IMG/VR virus record: IMGVR_UViG_2706794599_000005
Direction: 5' to 3' (one strand)
DNA length: 20,000 nucleotides
DNA from: an uncultured virus (IMG/VR IMGVR_UViG_2706794599_000005)
Lineage: Duplodnaviria; Heunggongvirae; Uroviricota; Caudoviricetes
The translations under genes were made by a program, and so were the position numbers. The notes under the pieces were generated by a model. That model worked only from the letters and a program-made list of their open reading frames with translations, ran no database searches and was not told where the DNA came from. How positions within the stretch are numbered: position 1 is the stretch's first letter; every line of letters starts with the position of its first letter. Positions 1 to 8,213 of this stretch are shown piece by piece.

Positions 1-1231
1 GGGTGCGGTCGGGCGGGGTCCAGTTCGGCGGCTGGACTGCGGACGTCCCGGCTGCCGGCAGTCCGAACACGTCTTCCAGCGCGGTGATGGCGATGGTGCC
101 CTTCGTGAGGGTGCCATAGTCGATCTTGCCGGCCCTCAGGACGATCAGTTCGATCCCGCGCTTCCGGCTGCGAACGCAGAACACGTCGCCAGGGTTCAGC
201 GCATATGCGCGCCGATCGAGCCGCACCTGGAGCTTGCGGATAGCCGACGTCGACACGTTGCAGTCGCGCGCCGCCACCCTGCCGGCCAACTCGCCGGTCG
301 GTAGGCCCGGATACTCCTTCGTCGTCGTTATCACGCCGCCGGCCGCGCGGATCGCGCCGGCATTCTTCGCACGGGCACGCCGGTCGGTGTTTGTGATGGG
401 GTCATGCCAGACGACGACGAACTGGTTCGCCGTGCCGTCGAGCGATGTGATGCTGTCGTCGTCGATCCCGAGCAGCCCGCTGTCCTCATCGAATACGGGC
501 AGCGTCGCGACGTCGTAGTCGTCACGGATCAGCCGCAGCGTCCAGAGTCCGGTCGATCGAGAAAGGAACTGGGTGGCACCGATGTGATCCAGGACGGTCT
601 GCTCGAAGTTGTCCAGCTCGTCTGCCACGCGAAACTTGAGGCACAGACCAAAGCCCTCGGCGAACAACGTATCTGCGGCCGTGCGATACGACGCCTGGTC
701 CAGCAGGCCGCGATCCTTGCCCCGGCCCCAGTCGCGGTTGGTCTGGCACTCGAACAAGATGTGAGCGGGGTTCATCGCCTTCACCTGGTCGCCGGCCAGG
801 CTGATCACTGCTTTCTCGGGATACCAGGTTCCACCGTCCCATCCGTTGAGCGCTCGTCGCCACCGGCTCATCCAGGCCTTCGGGTACCTGTTCATCGCGC
901 AGAGTTGCCCGTCGAAGAAAGCAGTGGTGACGCCGCGGAACGCAGGCACCAAGCCACCCACCATCGCCGCCAGGCGAGGATTCACCGGCTGCCCCAGGGC
1001 GCCGAACATGACGTCCAGTGGCCCGGCGATGCCACCCTCGGCCTTATCCCCCCCGAACAACTCACCGGCCTGGATCTGGATGGTCTGGTTACTCATCACC
1101 GAACCCTTCCAAGCGGTACGGTCACCGGCCTTGATCTCGACCATTTCGTCCAGCGGACCTCTCGCAAACCCCATGAGAATACCCATGTAGTAGCGGTAGC
1201 CCATCGTTTGCGCTTTGCTACGGCCGCCCAT
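1..1231 (-). CDS. Tail tip / central tail hub protein (lambda gpJ-like), runs off the window start
   Basis: Not in the ORF track because it has no stop in the window. My translation from ATG 1231 is MGGRSKAQTMGYRYYMGILMGFARGPLDEMVEIKAGD...MNPAHILFECQTNRDWGRG...LNPGDVF, open to position 1. It sits after the two small tail genes. Confidence 0.85.
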   Translation of the reverse strand, partial: MGGRSKAQTMGYRYYMGILMGFARGPLDEMVEIKAGDRTAWKGSVMSNQTIQIQAGELFGGDKAEGGIAGPLDVMFGALGQPVNPRLAAMVGGLVPAFRGVTTAFFDGQLCAMNRYPKAWMSRWRRALNGWDGGTWYPEKAVISLAGDQVKAMNPAHILFECQTNRDWGRGKDRGLLDQASYRTAADTLFAEGFGLCLKFRVADELDNFEQTVLDHIGATQFLSRSTGLWTLRLIRDDYDVATLPVFDEDSGLLGIDDDSITSLDGTANQFVVVWHDPITNTDRRARAKNAGAIRAAGGVITTTKEYPGLPTGELAGRVAARDCNVSTSAIRKLQVRLDRRAYALNPGDVFCVRSRKRGIELIVLRAGKIDYGTLTKGTIAITALEDVFGLPAAGTSAVQPPNWTPPDRT

Positions 1232-1448
1232 ATCCCGCCTCCGCACGTGCGTGGTTGACCAGGCGCACGGCCAACTCGTCTCCGGTAGCCTCAAGCACCG
1301 ATGCCGGCACTCCCTCCGCAACGAACCGGTGCCAGTCCAAGCCATGGGCGTTGAACCAGGCACGTGCGCCGGATACGCAGTAGCCCGGTCGGCTGGTCAG
1401 CCCTGGCACACTGCGCAGATGCGCTGTTGTGATGATCAGATCCGTCAC
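1218..1448 (-). CDS. Small tail-assembly protein (76 aa)
   Basis: MTDLIITTAHLRSVPG..GYCVSGARAWF..HGLDW; ATGA overlap with the upstream gene; usual position in Pseudomonas Mu-like tail modules. Confidence 0.75.
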   Translation of the reverse strand: MTDLIITTAHLRSVPGLTSRPGYCVSGARAWFNAHGLDWHRFVAEGVPASVLEATGDELAVRLVNHARAEAGYGRP

Positions 1449-1675
1449 TTCTTCGACCCTTTCGATTTGACTGCCTTCGTCCGCTCGTTACCGGTACCGA
1501 GGACGATCCAGTCCTCGATCCACACATCGCCGAAGATCACGTAGTGGCCGGTGCCGTCCTCGGTCTGCGGAAGATCTTCGGAAGTCAGCGCCTCCGGTTT
1601 CGGCTTCGGCGCTTTCGCAGAAGTAGCGCTGCTGATCAGATACGATGCGACCAGAATCGCGATTTGCACCCACAT
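1445..1675 (-). CDS. Small tail-assembly protein (76 aa)
   Basis: Hydrophobic N-terminus and PQTEDGTGHYVIFGDVW motif; GGAG RBS upstream; synteny with the tail module. Confidence 0.78.
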   Translation of the reverse strand: MWVQIAILVASYLISSATSAKAPKPKPEALTSEDLPQTEDGTGHYVIFGDVWIEDWIVLGTGNERTKAVKSKGSKK

Positions 1676-1685
1676 GGATGACTCC

Positions 1686-1711
1686 TACCACCAGGGATTA
1701 CCACCAGGGAT
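1686..1711. repeat. Perfect 13-bp tandem duplication (TACCACCAGGGAT x2)
   Basis: Read directly: 1686-1698 and 1699-1711 are identical. Confidence 0.95.
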
Positions 1712-2516
1712 CGCCGTCGAACGGCGACTTGCCCGGAAGAAACGGCACTGCACCGCAGTTCGGCGTGTTGTCGAACTTATCGTTGCAGGTCTGAATGAGC
1801 TGGTCACAGCCAGGGAACGCGACAGCCCGAGTACCAGGAGCCAACAGCGAGGTGCCACCCACCAGGACCAGGCGGTTGCCGGTGTGCTGCTGGATACCAC
1901 GCTGCTCGATCACTCCCTGGCCGCTGTCCCACTCGACGTAGCCTCCGCGGAACCAAGCATCGGGGTAGCCGCCGATCGCGTTGCCGGCCCCCGTCACGCT
2001 GTTGCCATCACGCAACTCGACGGTGAACGGCACGCGGTATTGCTCGCGGTCTGCCCGGCAGTTGTGATCGAACACCGTGTAAGGGCACTCACGTCCCCAT
2101 GCGAGGCTGATCGATGTACGCGGTTCTGTTCCGAGCAGCCGGCACTTGATCTGCACCCGGCTGTCGGCCGGCCAGTTCACCTCGTCGATCCTGCCCATCC
2201 ACACCACAAGCCCCTGCGGTTCGTTCCAGTGGATGTCCCAGACGGTCAGTGTTGGAGCCTTCGATGGCCGAGCGCCCCGGTACAGCTGCGCGACTTCCAA
2301 GTCGCTCGGGCCAGTAACCGTCATGATGTCGGCGCTGACCTGGCCGGTCATGCGCCGTCCATCGTCGCTCACAGGCCGCGCCCGAAAGGTCATGTTGTTT
2401 AACTCGATGTCTCGATTCGCTGTTGTGTAGGTCCAACGGATCGGGCCGAGGCGGAAGTCGTACAAGCTGATCGCCTGGCCATCGGCGAGCGACCGCTCGC
2501 GATCACTGAAGCTCAT
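1698..2516 (-). CDS. Tail tip protein, DUF2163/BR0599 family (gpL-like, Cys-containing)
   Basis: 272 aa with CPYTVFDHNC and C-terminal PGCDQLIQTCNDKFDNTPNCGAVPFLP motifs typical of this family. Confidence 0.85.
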   Translation of the reverse strand: MSFSDRERSLADGQAISLYDFRLGPIRWTYTTANRDIELNNMTFRARPVSDDGRRMTGQVSADIMTVTGPSDLEVAQLYRGARPSKAPTLTVWDIHWNEPQGLVVWMGRIDEVNWPADSRVQIKCRLLGTEPRTSISLAWGRECPYTVFDHNCRADREQYRVPFTVELRDGNSVTGAGNAIGGYPDAWFRGGYVEWDSGQGVIEQRGIQQHTGNRLVLVGGTSLLAPGTRAVAFPGCDQLIQTCNDKFDNTPNCGAVPFLPGKSPFDGDPWW

Positions 2517-4209
2517 CGCGTACTCCTCGGAACACCGTGCTGGCTGTGCTGATGCCGTCGGTGTCGGTTTCGTGGGTGATCTGCACGCTGTCGCTGTCTT
2601 GCCGGCAGAGGGTCATGAACGAGATGCGCGCAACGTCGCTCGGCCGGACAACTGTGCCGAGCGCGCTGTCGATCGCCATGCGCTCGACGTCGACGTTCAG
2701 CTCGCTGACGTCGAGGATGCGCCGATGGAAGACCTGCCCGCCGTACAGCTCGATGCGGATATCACGCCGGCCGGGCGCATCAGCCCTGAAGAACCTCGCC
2801 AGGCCAACCAGCTCGACATCGAGGACGGAACTGGTCGCAGCCACCGTGTCGACCAGCACCAGGTCGGCGGCATGGGTCGGAATCCAGATCGCTTTCTGCC
2901 TACCGCGCAGGGCATACAGCAGGCTGCGCAGCGCCGCGTGCTCCTCGCGGCCCTCGGTCTGCCAGCGGAAGCCATGCACCGGGAACCCTATTCCAGCCTG
3001 GTCACTGAACTGCGGCAGCCCTGTCTCGTTGTCCAGGACATCAATCAGGCGCTGGTACGACACGGACAAGTCTTCGGACTCCTCGGGCCGCTGCTCGAGC
3101 ACAGGCCAGCCCCGGTACGTTGTCGAGGGCATGACCTCCGGCCAGTCGCTGCTGTCCATCACCAGGAACCGCGCTTGTGCGCTGTAGAGGGTGTCGGTCA
3201 GCCGGGTCAGCGCCGGTTGCTCCGTCAGCTGTGCGGTGCGAATGGGGTACAAGCGGGAGCCGGCCGGCCAGCGCCGCTGAACCGGGCGCGCAAGCTGAAT
3301 GGCCGACGCCGCCAGAGCCTGGATCTCCACGACCTCGTACTCGAATGCTGACTCACCGCGCAGCAGCGCAAGGCCGCCGGCACGGAAGTCCCGCCAGCGC
3401 GTATCGCACTCGACCGTCTGCGCGCCGGCCGCGGTGACGCTTGCCAGCAACTGGATGTCCGGCCACACCGGCAGCGCCCAGATTCGCCCGCCCCAGCCGG
3501 CCAAGCTGAGATCGAGGAGCACGCGCTCGCGCCCCTCCGCGTAGAACTCAGCTTCGAATGAACGCCGGGGTGACAAACGCAGCGATCGCCGTTGCTCGAC
3601 TCCCGACGTGCTGGTCAGCAGCTCGGTCAACCACTCCAGTGACTCCTGCACGCCATCAGCCCAGTCCGGCGCAAACGGCCACGCGGTGATCCGGTTTCCG
3701 GTAATGACCAGGATCAACGGCTGTTCGTCCTGCAGTTGCCAGACGATGCGCGCGTCCACTACCGGCGGTCCATCGGTCGACACGGCCACAGTCCAGATGC
3801 GCTCCTGCAGCGCCGCGAACGGCAACGGCGGCGACGGCTGGCCGGCCAGGCTGATGCCATCGGCGTCCTCGCGATCGATCTGCGACAGGGTGCGGGGCGT
3901 GAAGTGGGCGTTCCAAACTGAGACGGGACGTTCCTGCACGCTCACGACGTTCCCCAGATCCAATCGGCCAGGGATCAGCCACAGGCGGTTGTAGTAGTTC
4001 TCTTCCAGAGCGCTTTGGTGGACAGCCTGGTACGTCGAATGGATCACCTCTACCGGCTGATGCGCCGCGTAGGCGCCGGCCCAGGTCGAGGCGCTGGCCG
4101 AGCCCAGGGTGATGTCCTGGTTCAAGCCCAGAGCGGAGATGTTCGGGGTGATGCCGGCAACGACCGCTTCGACCGGCCGAGGTACCTGAAATCCGGGGAA
4201 GGTCGCCAT
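2503..4209 (-). CDS. Phage tail/baseplate structural protein (568 aa; true start ATG 4209)
   Basis: MATFPGFQVP... begins 2 nt after the TAG of the upstream gene (4212-4214). Contains the PDWADGVQESLEWLT..SGVEQRRSLR..PRR motif. The 656-aa ORF call over-extends upstream. Confidence 0.82.
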   Translation of the reverse strand: MATFPGFQVPRPVEAVVAGITPNISALGLNQDITLGSASASTWAGAYAAHQPVEVIHSTYQAVHQSALEENYYNRLWLIPGRLDLGNVVSVQERPVSVWNAHFTPRTLSQIDREDADGISLAGQPSPPLPFAALQERIWTVAVSTDGPPVVDARIVWQLQDEQPLILVITGNRITAWPFAPDWADGVQESLEWLTELLTSTSGVEQRRSLRLSPRRSFEAEFYAEGRERVLLDLSLAGWGGRIWALPVWPDIQLLASVTAAGAQTVECDTRWRDFRAGGLALLRGESAFEYEVVEIQALAASAIQLARPVQRRWPAGSRLYPIRTAQLTEQPALTRLTDTLYSAQARFLVMDSSDWPEVMPSTTYRGWPVLEQRPEESEDLSVSYQRLIDVLDNETGLPQFSDQAGIGFPVHGFRWQTEGREEHAALRSLLYALRGRQKAIWIPTHAADLVLVDTVAATSSVLDVELVGLARFFRADAPGRRDIRIELYGGQVFHRRILDVSELNVDVERMAIDSALGTVVRPSDVARISFMTLCRQDSDSVQITHETDTDGISTASTVFRGVRDELQ

Positions 4210-4211
4210 TT

Positions 4212-5049
4212 CTACTCGACCACCCGGAATGCATAGCCGACCAGCGCGCTGGTGTTGCCGAAATCGTTGGCTGTTCCGCGCTGCAGCAAAGGGAAGACGC
4301 GCCATGTGTCGGTTCCGATGGTGATCGAGTCCCCAGGCGCGAGGAAGTCCATCCGGCACAGACCGAAATCGGGCGCTTCGCCGATGTACCTCGAACGCTG
4401 CTAACTCGGTGCAGAACAACCCGTATTCGTCGAAAGAAGCAACCATAGCGCAGCTCAGCGCCGGGCCATTCACGCGCTATCACCTGTTCGCCACCGCTGC
4501 CTATCTGCACCTGCACGTCGAAATCGCTGCCGGTCAGTTTCGTCCAGTGATGATCGGCTCCCTCAACAAGCGTGGCGTCGGCTATACGGGCGGCCAGTAT
4601 GTTTGCGGCTCGTTCCTCTACAGCTCTGGCCAGGCGCTCACAAACAACTGGTCATCGCATCCATTCGATGGTTACCACATTCGATACAGCGGCGGCGGCA
4701 GCATGCTGCGGCTAGACAGCCTCGACGGTAGCCCATCGCCGGACTGGTTGCCGTTCGACTACACAACGAACGTCTCCCGGCGCGTCGTCGGCCCCGGTCG
4801 CGGAAACTACAGCAGTCAGTACCATCCACCGGGCTGCGCGTTCCACGCCAGCCCGTTGTCGAACCCCGTATTGCCCGCGATCTGAAACTGATTGGCTCCG
4901 GCATTGAATGACCAGTACCCATCAGCGTTGTGACAGATCCATTCCGATGCCGACGCGCGGTCGGTGACCCAGCCGAGCGACTCGGCGTGGACGCGCACCT
5001 TGGCGAGCAAGTCGGCCGGGTTGTTCGCTGTTCCTGTGAAATAGGCCAT
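4212..5049 (-). pseudogene. Tail structural protein gene split by an internal inversion
   Basis: The N-terminus MAYFTG...NAQPG (5049-4828) and C-terminus QRSRYIGEAPDFG...GYAFRVVE* (4401-4212) are on the - strand. The middle NSVQNNPYSS...GNYSSQYHP (4403-4827) reads on the + strand. As it stands only a 77-aa truncated product (5049-4816) is encoded. Confidence 0.85.
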
Positions 5050-5050
5050 G

Positions 5051-6007
5051 TCAGTCCTTCCTGATCGCGTAGAGCCAAGGGTTACCGCTACGCCAAGCGG
5101 TTTGGAAAACGACGTGGTCCACTCCGTCCTCGACAATCAGGTCCTCGGCGCCGGAGTTGAGCGTTGGCACGTAGAAAGCGCCGTCGAAGTCACCGAGGTA
5201 CCGGCGTCCCTCGGTTTCGCGGGTGACGAACTGCAAAGCTTTCAGCGGGAACTTTCCGAATGAATCCCGCAGTTGTTTGACCACGGTGTCACTGCTGCCC
5301 GCATAACGGCCGCAGCCCAGCGGGAGGAGCGTCCGATTGCTGTAGTCGGACTCGTTGGCAGCCCCTCCTTCGACAGTGAAACCGAGCCAGCGCCCGGCGG
5401 GATCGCGGAGATAGCAGCTGCGCTCGTAGGGGCTGCTGATGCCCCTGTGCCGGTCGGTGACGTCGGACCAGCGCACAGCGACGTCCCCGCGATACGACCC
5501 CACGACAGCCAGCGGATACGGGAACTGCGACGGCGGACAGGGTGGCAGGATGAAGCCGGCGCCGGCAGACTCGTAGATCGTCGAGACTTTCACGACGACC
5601 CAGAAGCGTCGGCCGTTGGCGAAGAACCAGTAGGGCATCGGCTGGTTCCAGGCAAGCAGCTGTACTCGCGGGCTGTAGTTGACGAACGCCGTCCAGAAGT
5701 CACCACCCGGCGGCAGCGCGCCAGGATTGAACGCGGTACCGCCCATCAGCCGGACGTTGTAGTAGTCGAGCGCGGTGTCGCCGTAGGACTGGACTCCCAT
5801 GAAGATGCTGTCTTCACCGCCGAGGCCAGGCGCCCGCAGGGTCACCTGGCGAATCGCGATCGCCGTCCCAGATGCTGGAATGGTGTTGTCGAAAACTTTC
5901 TCGTAGGCCTGGCCCGCCGCGACGAGCGTCGGGTTGGCGGTGAGGAACTGGACGAGTCGTTCGACCAGGTCGGCGTGGTTCGCGGCTGTGCCGAATTCGG
6001 TGGCCAT
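5051..6007 (-). CDS. Tail structural protein following the tape measure (318 aa)
   Basis: Long ORF with phage-like codon use; TGATG coupling to the tape-measure stop; synteny. Confidence 0.82.
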   Translation of the reverse strand: MATEFGTAANHADLVERLVQFLTANPTLVAAGQAYEKVFDNTIPASGTAIAIRQVTLRAPGLGGEDSIFMGVQSYGDTALDYYNVRLMGGTAFNPGALPPGGDFWTAFVNYSPRVQLLAWNQPMPYWFFANGRRFWVVVKVSTIYESAGAGFILPPCPPSQFPYPLAVVGSYRGDVAVRWSDVTDRHRGISSPYERSCYLRDPAGRWLGFTVEGGAANESDYSNRTLLPLGCGRYAGSSDTVVKQLRDSFGKFPLKALQFVTRETEGRRYLGDFDGAFYVPTLNSGAEDLIVEDGVDHVVFQTAWRSGNPWLYAIRKD

Positions 6008-6377
6008 CAGTTGATTCCCAGTAGTTGACGGAATTTCTGCGGGTCGCGGCTGATGTGCAGAACCATTGCCTCGTCGCCGTAACGACCTGCCATCACATCA
6101 CCGATGCGGCTGGGGTCGTCGACCAGGTAGAAGTTCTGGTTGTTCTTCAGCGTCGCGCTGAGGTTCTTTGCGGGCTCCTGCAGGCGCGATGCAGAAAGGC
6201 CCGGAGCAGGCATTGCGGCGCGGGAATGCTGGCTATTCCGCCCGTCGCGTGGCGCACAGCACCGGACCAGTCATGTAGTGCCGCCCAACCGCGCTTGTTG
6301 ATGTCCAGGAGCAGCGGGGTCATGCCAGGCTGGGTTGCGGCCGCGGCCCTGATGACGACCTCCTGATCCGAAAGCCG
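6007..6377 (-). pseudogene. 3' remnant of the tail tape-measure gene, truncated and frameshifted
   Basis: Reads LSDQEVVIRAAAATQPGMTPLLLDINKRGWAALHDWSGAVRHATGGIASIPAP, shifts frame at about 6216, then MPAPGLS...FRQLLGIN*. LSDxExV and HATGG are typical tape-measure C-terminal motifs. There is no in-frame start with RBS at the upstream junction. Confidence 0.8.
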
Positions 6378-6384
6378 CCCATGG

Positions 6385-6681
6385 TCAGAGCCCCAGCGTC
6401 AGGCCGAGGATGCAGGCCAGTACGATCAGCCCACGGCGCAGCCAGGCGCCCACGACCACCAGGTTGGCTGAGCACTCATGCGGGCGAGCCACGTAGGGAA
6501 ACAGGCTGCGGTCGATCCAGTAGCCGGCCACTGCGCCCAGCGTCACCAGGACCAGCTTATAGGTGACGACCTGGAGCTGCTCCGGGCGAATGGCGGCGAG
6601 GATGATCAGCAGGACGAGGGTGACCAGCGTCCAACTGGTCATACGCGGCGCGCGGCGGCGCCGGGGTTGCGGCGATGACAT
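6385..6681 (-). CDS. Putative holin (2-3 transmembrane segments), first late gene
   Basis: 98 aa, basic N-terminus, hydrophobic helices and GYWIDRSLFPY motif; GGGAG RBS. Confidence 0.8.
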   Translation of the reverse strand: MSSPQPRRRRAPRMTSWTLVTLVLLIILAAIRPEQLQVVTYKLVLVTLGAVAGYWIDRSLFPYVARPHECSANLVVVGAWLRRGLIVLACILGLTLGL

Positions 6682-6763
6682 AACGATGCTCCCGATGGGG
6701 CGGCCATCCTTGGCCTGACTGAAGGTCCTACCTGCAAGCAGGTGTGACGATCATCCCCACGGG

Positions 6764-6832
6764 GGAGCAGAGTGTATTTTGGAAGGAGCGAAAACCAATC
6801 CAAGGGAAAGTGGATCAGCATGGAGTCTCCAT
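6764..6832 (-). promoter_or_regulatory. Candidate activator-dependent late promoter
   Basis: -10-like TACACT (6776-6771, - strand) with no recognisable -35. Dyads ATCCA-N8-TGGAT (6798-6815) and ATGGAG-T-CTCCAT (6820-6832) lie upstream, as in Mor/C-type promoters. Confidence 0.35.
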
Positions 6833-6851
6833 CACCGAGGAGACCACCACC

Positions 6852-7226
6852 ATGTCCAGGCATGAAGACCTGCTGTTGCAACTCATCCAGCGTGACCCCG
6901 ACAAGATCAGGAGCATCCTGGGGCTGCCCGCTCCAAAGCCAGACCTGTCCTGGTACGAAGGAGCAGACGTCTGGATTGAAGCTGGACACCGCAGCGACAG
7001 GGGCGCGGAACTACGCATAGCCTTCGGGGAGCCACTCCCGAATGGCTATGCCGATTTCTGGATACCGTTCAGTGGACCGGATGGCAATGCACTGGGCTGG
7101 CTGCGCTTCAGCTACATCACCACGGTACGGGAGAAGTCTCTGTTCACCGCCTGTGAATGGCGCTCCGCAGGCGAACCTGCGCCGGCCGAAGAGAGCCGCC
7201 TGCCCCTCCCCATAGAGAACCTGTGA
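6852..7226 (+). CDS. Hypothetical protein (124 aa)
   Basis: GAGGAG RBS at 6837-6842 before ATG 6852; globular-looking sequence; oriented opposite to both neighbours. Confidence 0.65.
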   Translation: MSRHEDLLLQLIQRDPDKIRSILGLPAPKPDLSWYEGADVWIEAGHRSDRGAELRIAFGEPLPNGYADFWIPFSGPDGNALGWLRFSYITTVREKSLFTACEWRSAGEPAPAEESRLPLPIENL

Positions 7227-7250
7227 GGCCCCTAATGAAACGACGAAAAA

Positions 7251-7694
7251 TCATTCGGAACGGCTACCGGGATCGTCGGGATCGGGAGCTTTTCGAGGCT
7301 GCAGTTTCGAGAACAGCTGCAGAATGTCTTGAGCAATCTCGTCTTCGGTTGCTTGCGAGTGCCATTTGTCTAAAGCGTCTAGCCGATCAGGTCCAGCATC
7401 TTTCCCTAGAAGTGTCCGAAGTGCCAAAACAGATGCTGGATCAACTCCGTTATCAGTTAGCCCCAGAACACTCTGCAGGAAAGCTTTGACCAGTCCGCCG
7501 CAAGCTGGCTGCTCCGCGTGTTCAGCATATGGCACAAGCACAGCAAGCAATGACTTGGTGCGTTCGCCTGGCTCGGGATCAAGCTCAACCAGACGAGCCG
7601 CCAAGGTCATCGAGATATGACGTAGCGCGGTGACTTCACACTTTAGTACTTCCACATCGGCATAAAGCTGAACCAGCTTTTCCTGATCGATCAT
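7251..7694 (-). CDS. Hypothetical protein (147 aa), last gene of the repressor operon
   Basis: Starts 4 nt after the lipoprotein stop; helical-looking sequence; visibly more AT-rich than the flanks. Confidence 0.65.
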   Translation of the reverse strand: MIDQEKLVQLYADVEVLKCEVTALRHISMTLAARLVELDPEPGERTKSLLAVLVPYAEHAEQPACGGLVKAFLQSVLGLTDNGVDPASVLALRTLLGKDAGPDRLDALDKWHSQATEDEIAQDILQLFSKLQPRKAPDPDDPGSRSE

Positions 7695-7698
7695 CTCG

Positions 7699-8196
7699 TC
7701 ATTGCCCCGTGATTTCCCGATACCGCCGTTGGTACTCCTCGTAAGGGAGTTGCATCTGGTTCAGCTCGTCGAGTTGGGTGTCGACAGATCGAGCCGAAAC
7801 TGACGCGGGTGCAGTTGGGGCATAAGCCCGAGGCGCTGCGTACGGCTGTTGAGCCGGCTCCTCATAGGCATAGGTGCAGCCACGCTGCATCTTGGCACCT
7901 GCCAACTGGGTCAGGCGCTGATTGGCACTGTCGACCGCTGCGTCCTTCTCCATCAGGTTGCCGATCCCGAAGTCGCCCAGGAAAGACAGCACCGAGCGTC
8001 CGTCGAACTCGCTCTCTTCGCGTACATGGCTCAGGAAGCCCTGAACCTTGGCCTGCTCCAAGTCGATCTCGCGACAGCTCATGGTCTGCCGTTCGAAATC
8101 GGTCAGTTCCGGCTGTCGGCCATAGTTTTTCGTGGAGCATCCGGCCACCGACAGGCCCGCCAGCATCACCGCCCCCAGCAATACTTTGAAGTCCAT
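7699..8196 (-). CDS. Lipoprotein (165 aa) with a SHOCT-like C-terminal helix pair
   Basis: AAGGGGAG RBS, signal peptide MDFKVLLGAVMLAGLSVAG-C (lipobox, Cys20), Pro/Ala linker, then LDELNQMQLPYEEYQRRYREI. An alternative start is at 8217 (ATGA overlap with the repressor stop). Confidence 0.78.
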   Translation of the reverse strand: MDFKVLLGAVMLAGLSVAGCSTKNYGRQPELTDFERQTMSCREIDLEQAKVQGFLSHVREESEFDGRSVLSFLGDFGIGNLMEKDAAVDSANQRLTQLAGAKMQRGCTYAYEEPAQQPYAAPRAYAPTAPASVSARSVDTQLDELNQMQLPYEEYQRRYREITGQ

Positions 8197-8213
8197 TTGT
8201 CTCCCCTTATTCG

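Noticed and set aside
4210..4473. 88-aa N-terminal extension of the 656-aa ORF
   Set aside because: It is an off-frame read across the inversion junction and the upstream gene's 3' end; the real start is ATG 4209.
4395..4835. Gin/gix-type invertible tail-fibre cassette
   Set aside because: No inverted recombination sites at the ends and no invertase in the window.
4409..4885. Independent + strand 158-aa gene
   Set aside because: It is the inverted middle of the tail gene plus read-through, and has no RBS.
6007..6382. In-frame fusion of the post-holin ATG to the tape-measure remnant
   Set aside because: Codon check shows the ATG at 6382 is out of frame and stops after 20 codons.
7157..7489. 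+ strand ORF (MKRRKIIRNG... from 7235)
   Set aside because: It is antisense to the better supported 147-aa operon gene and has no convincing RBS.
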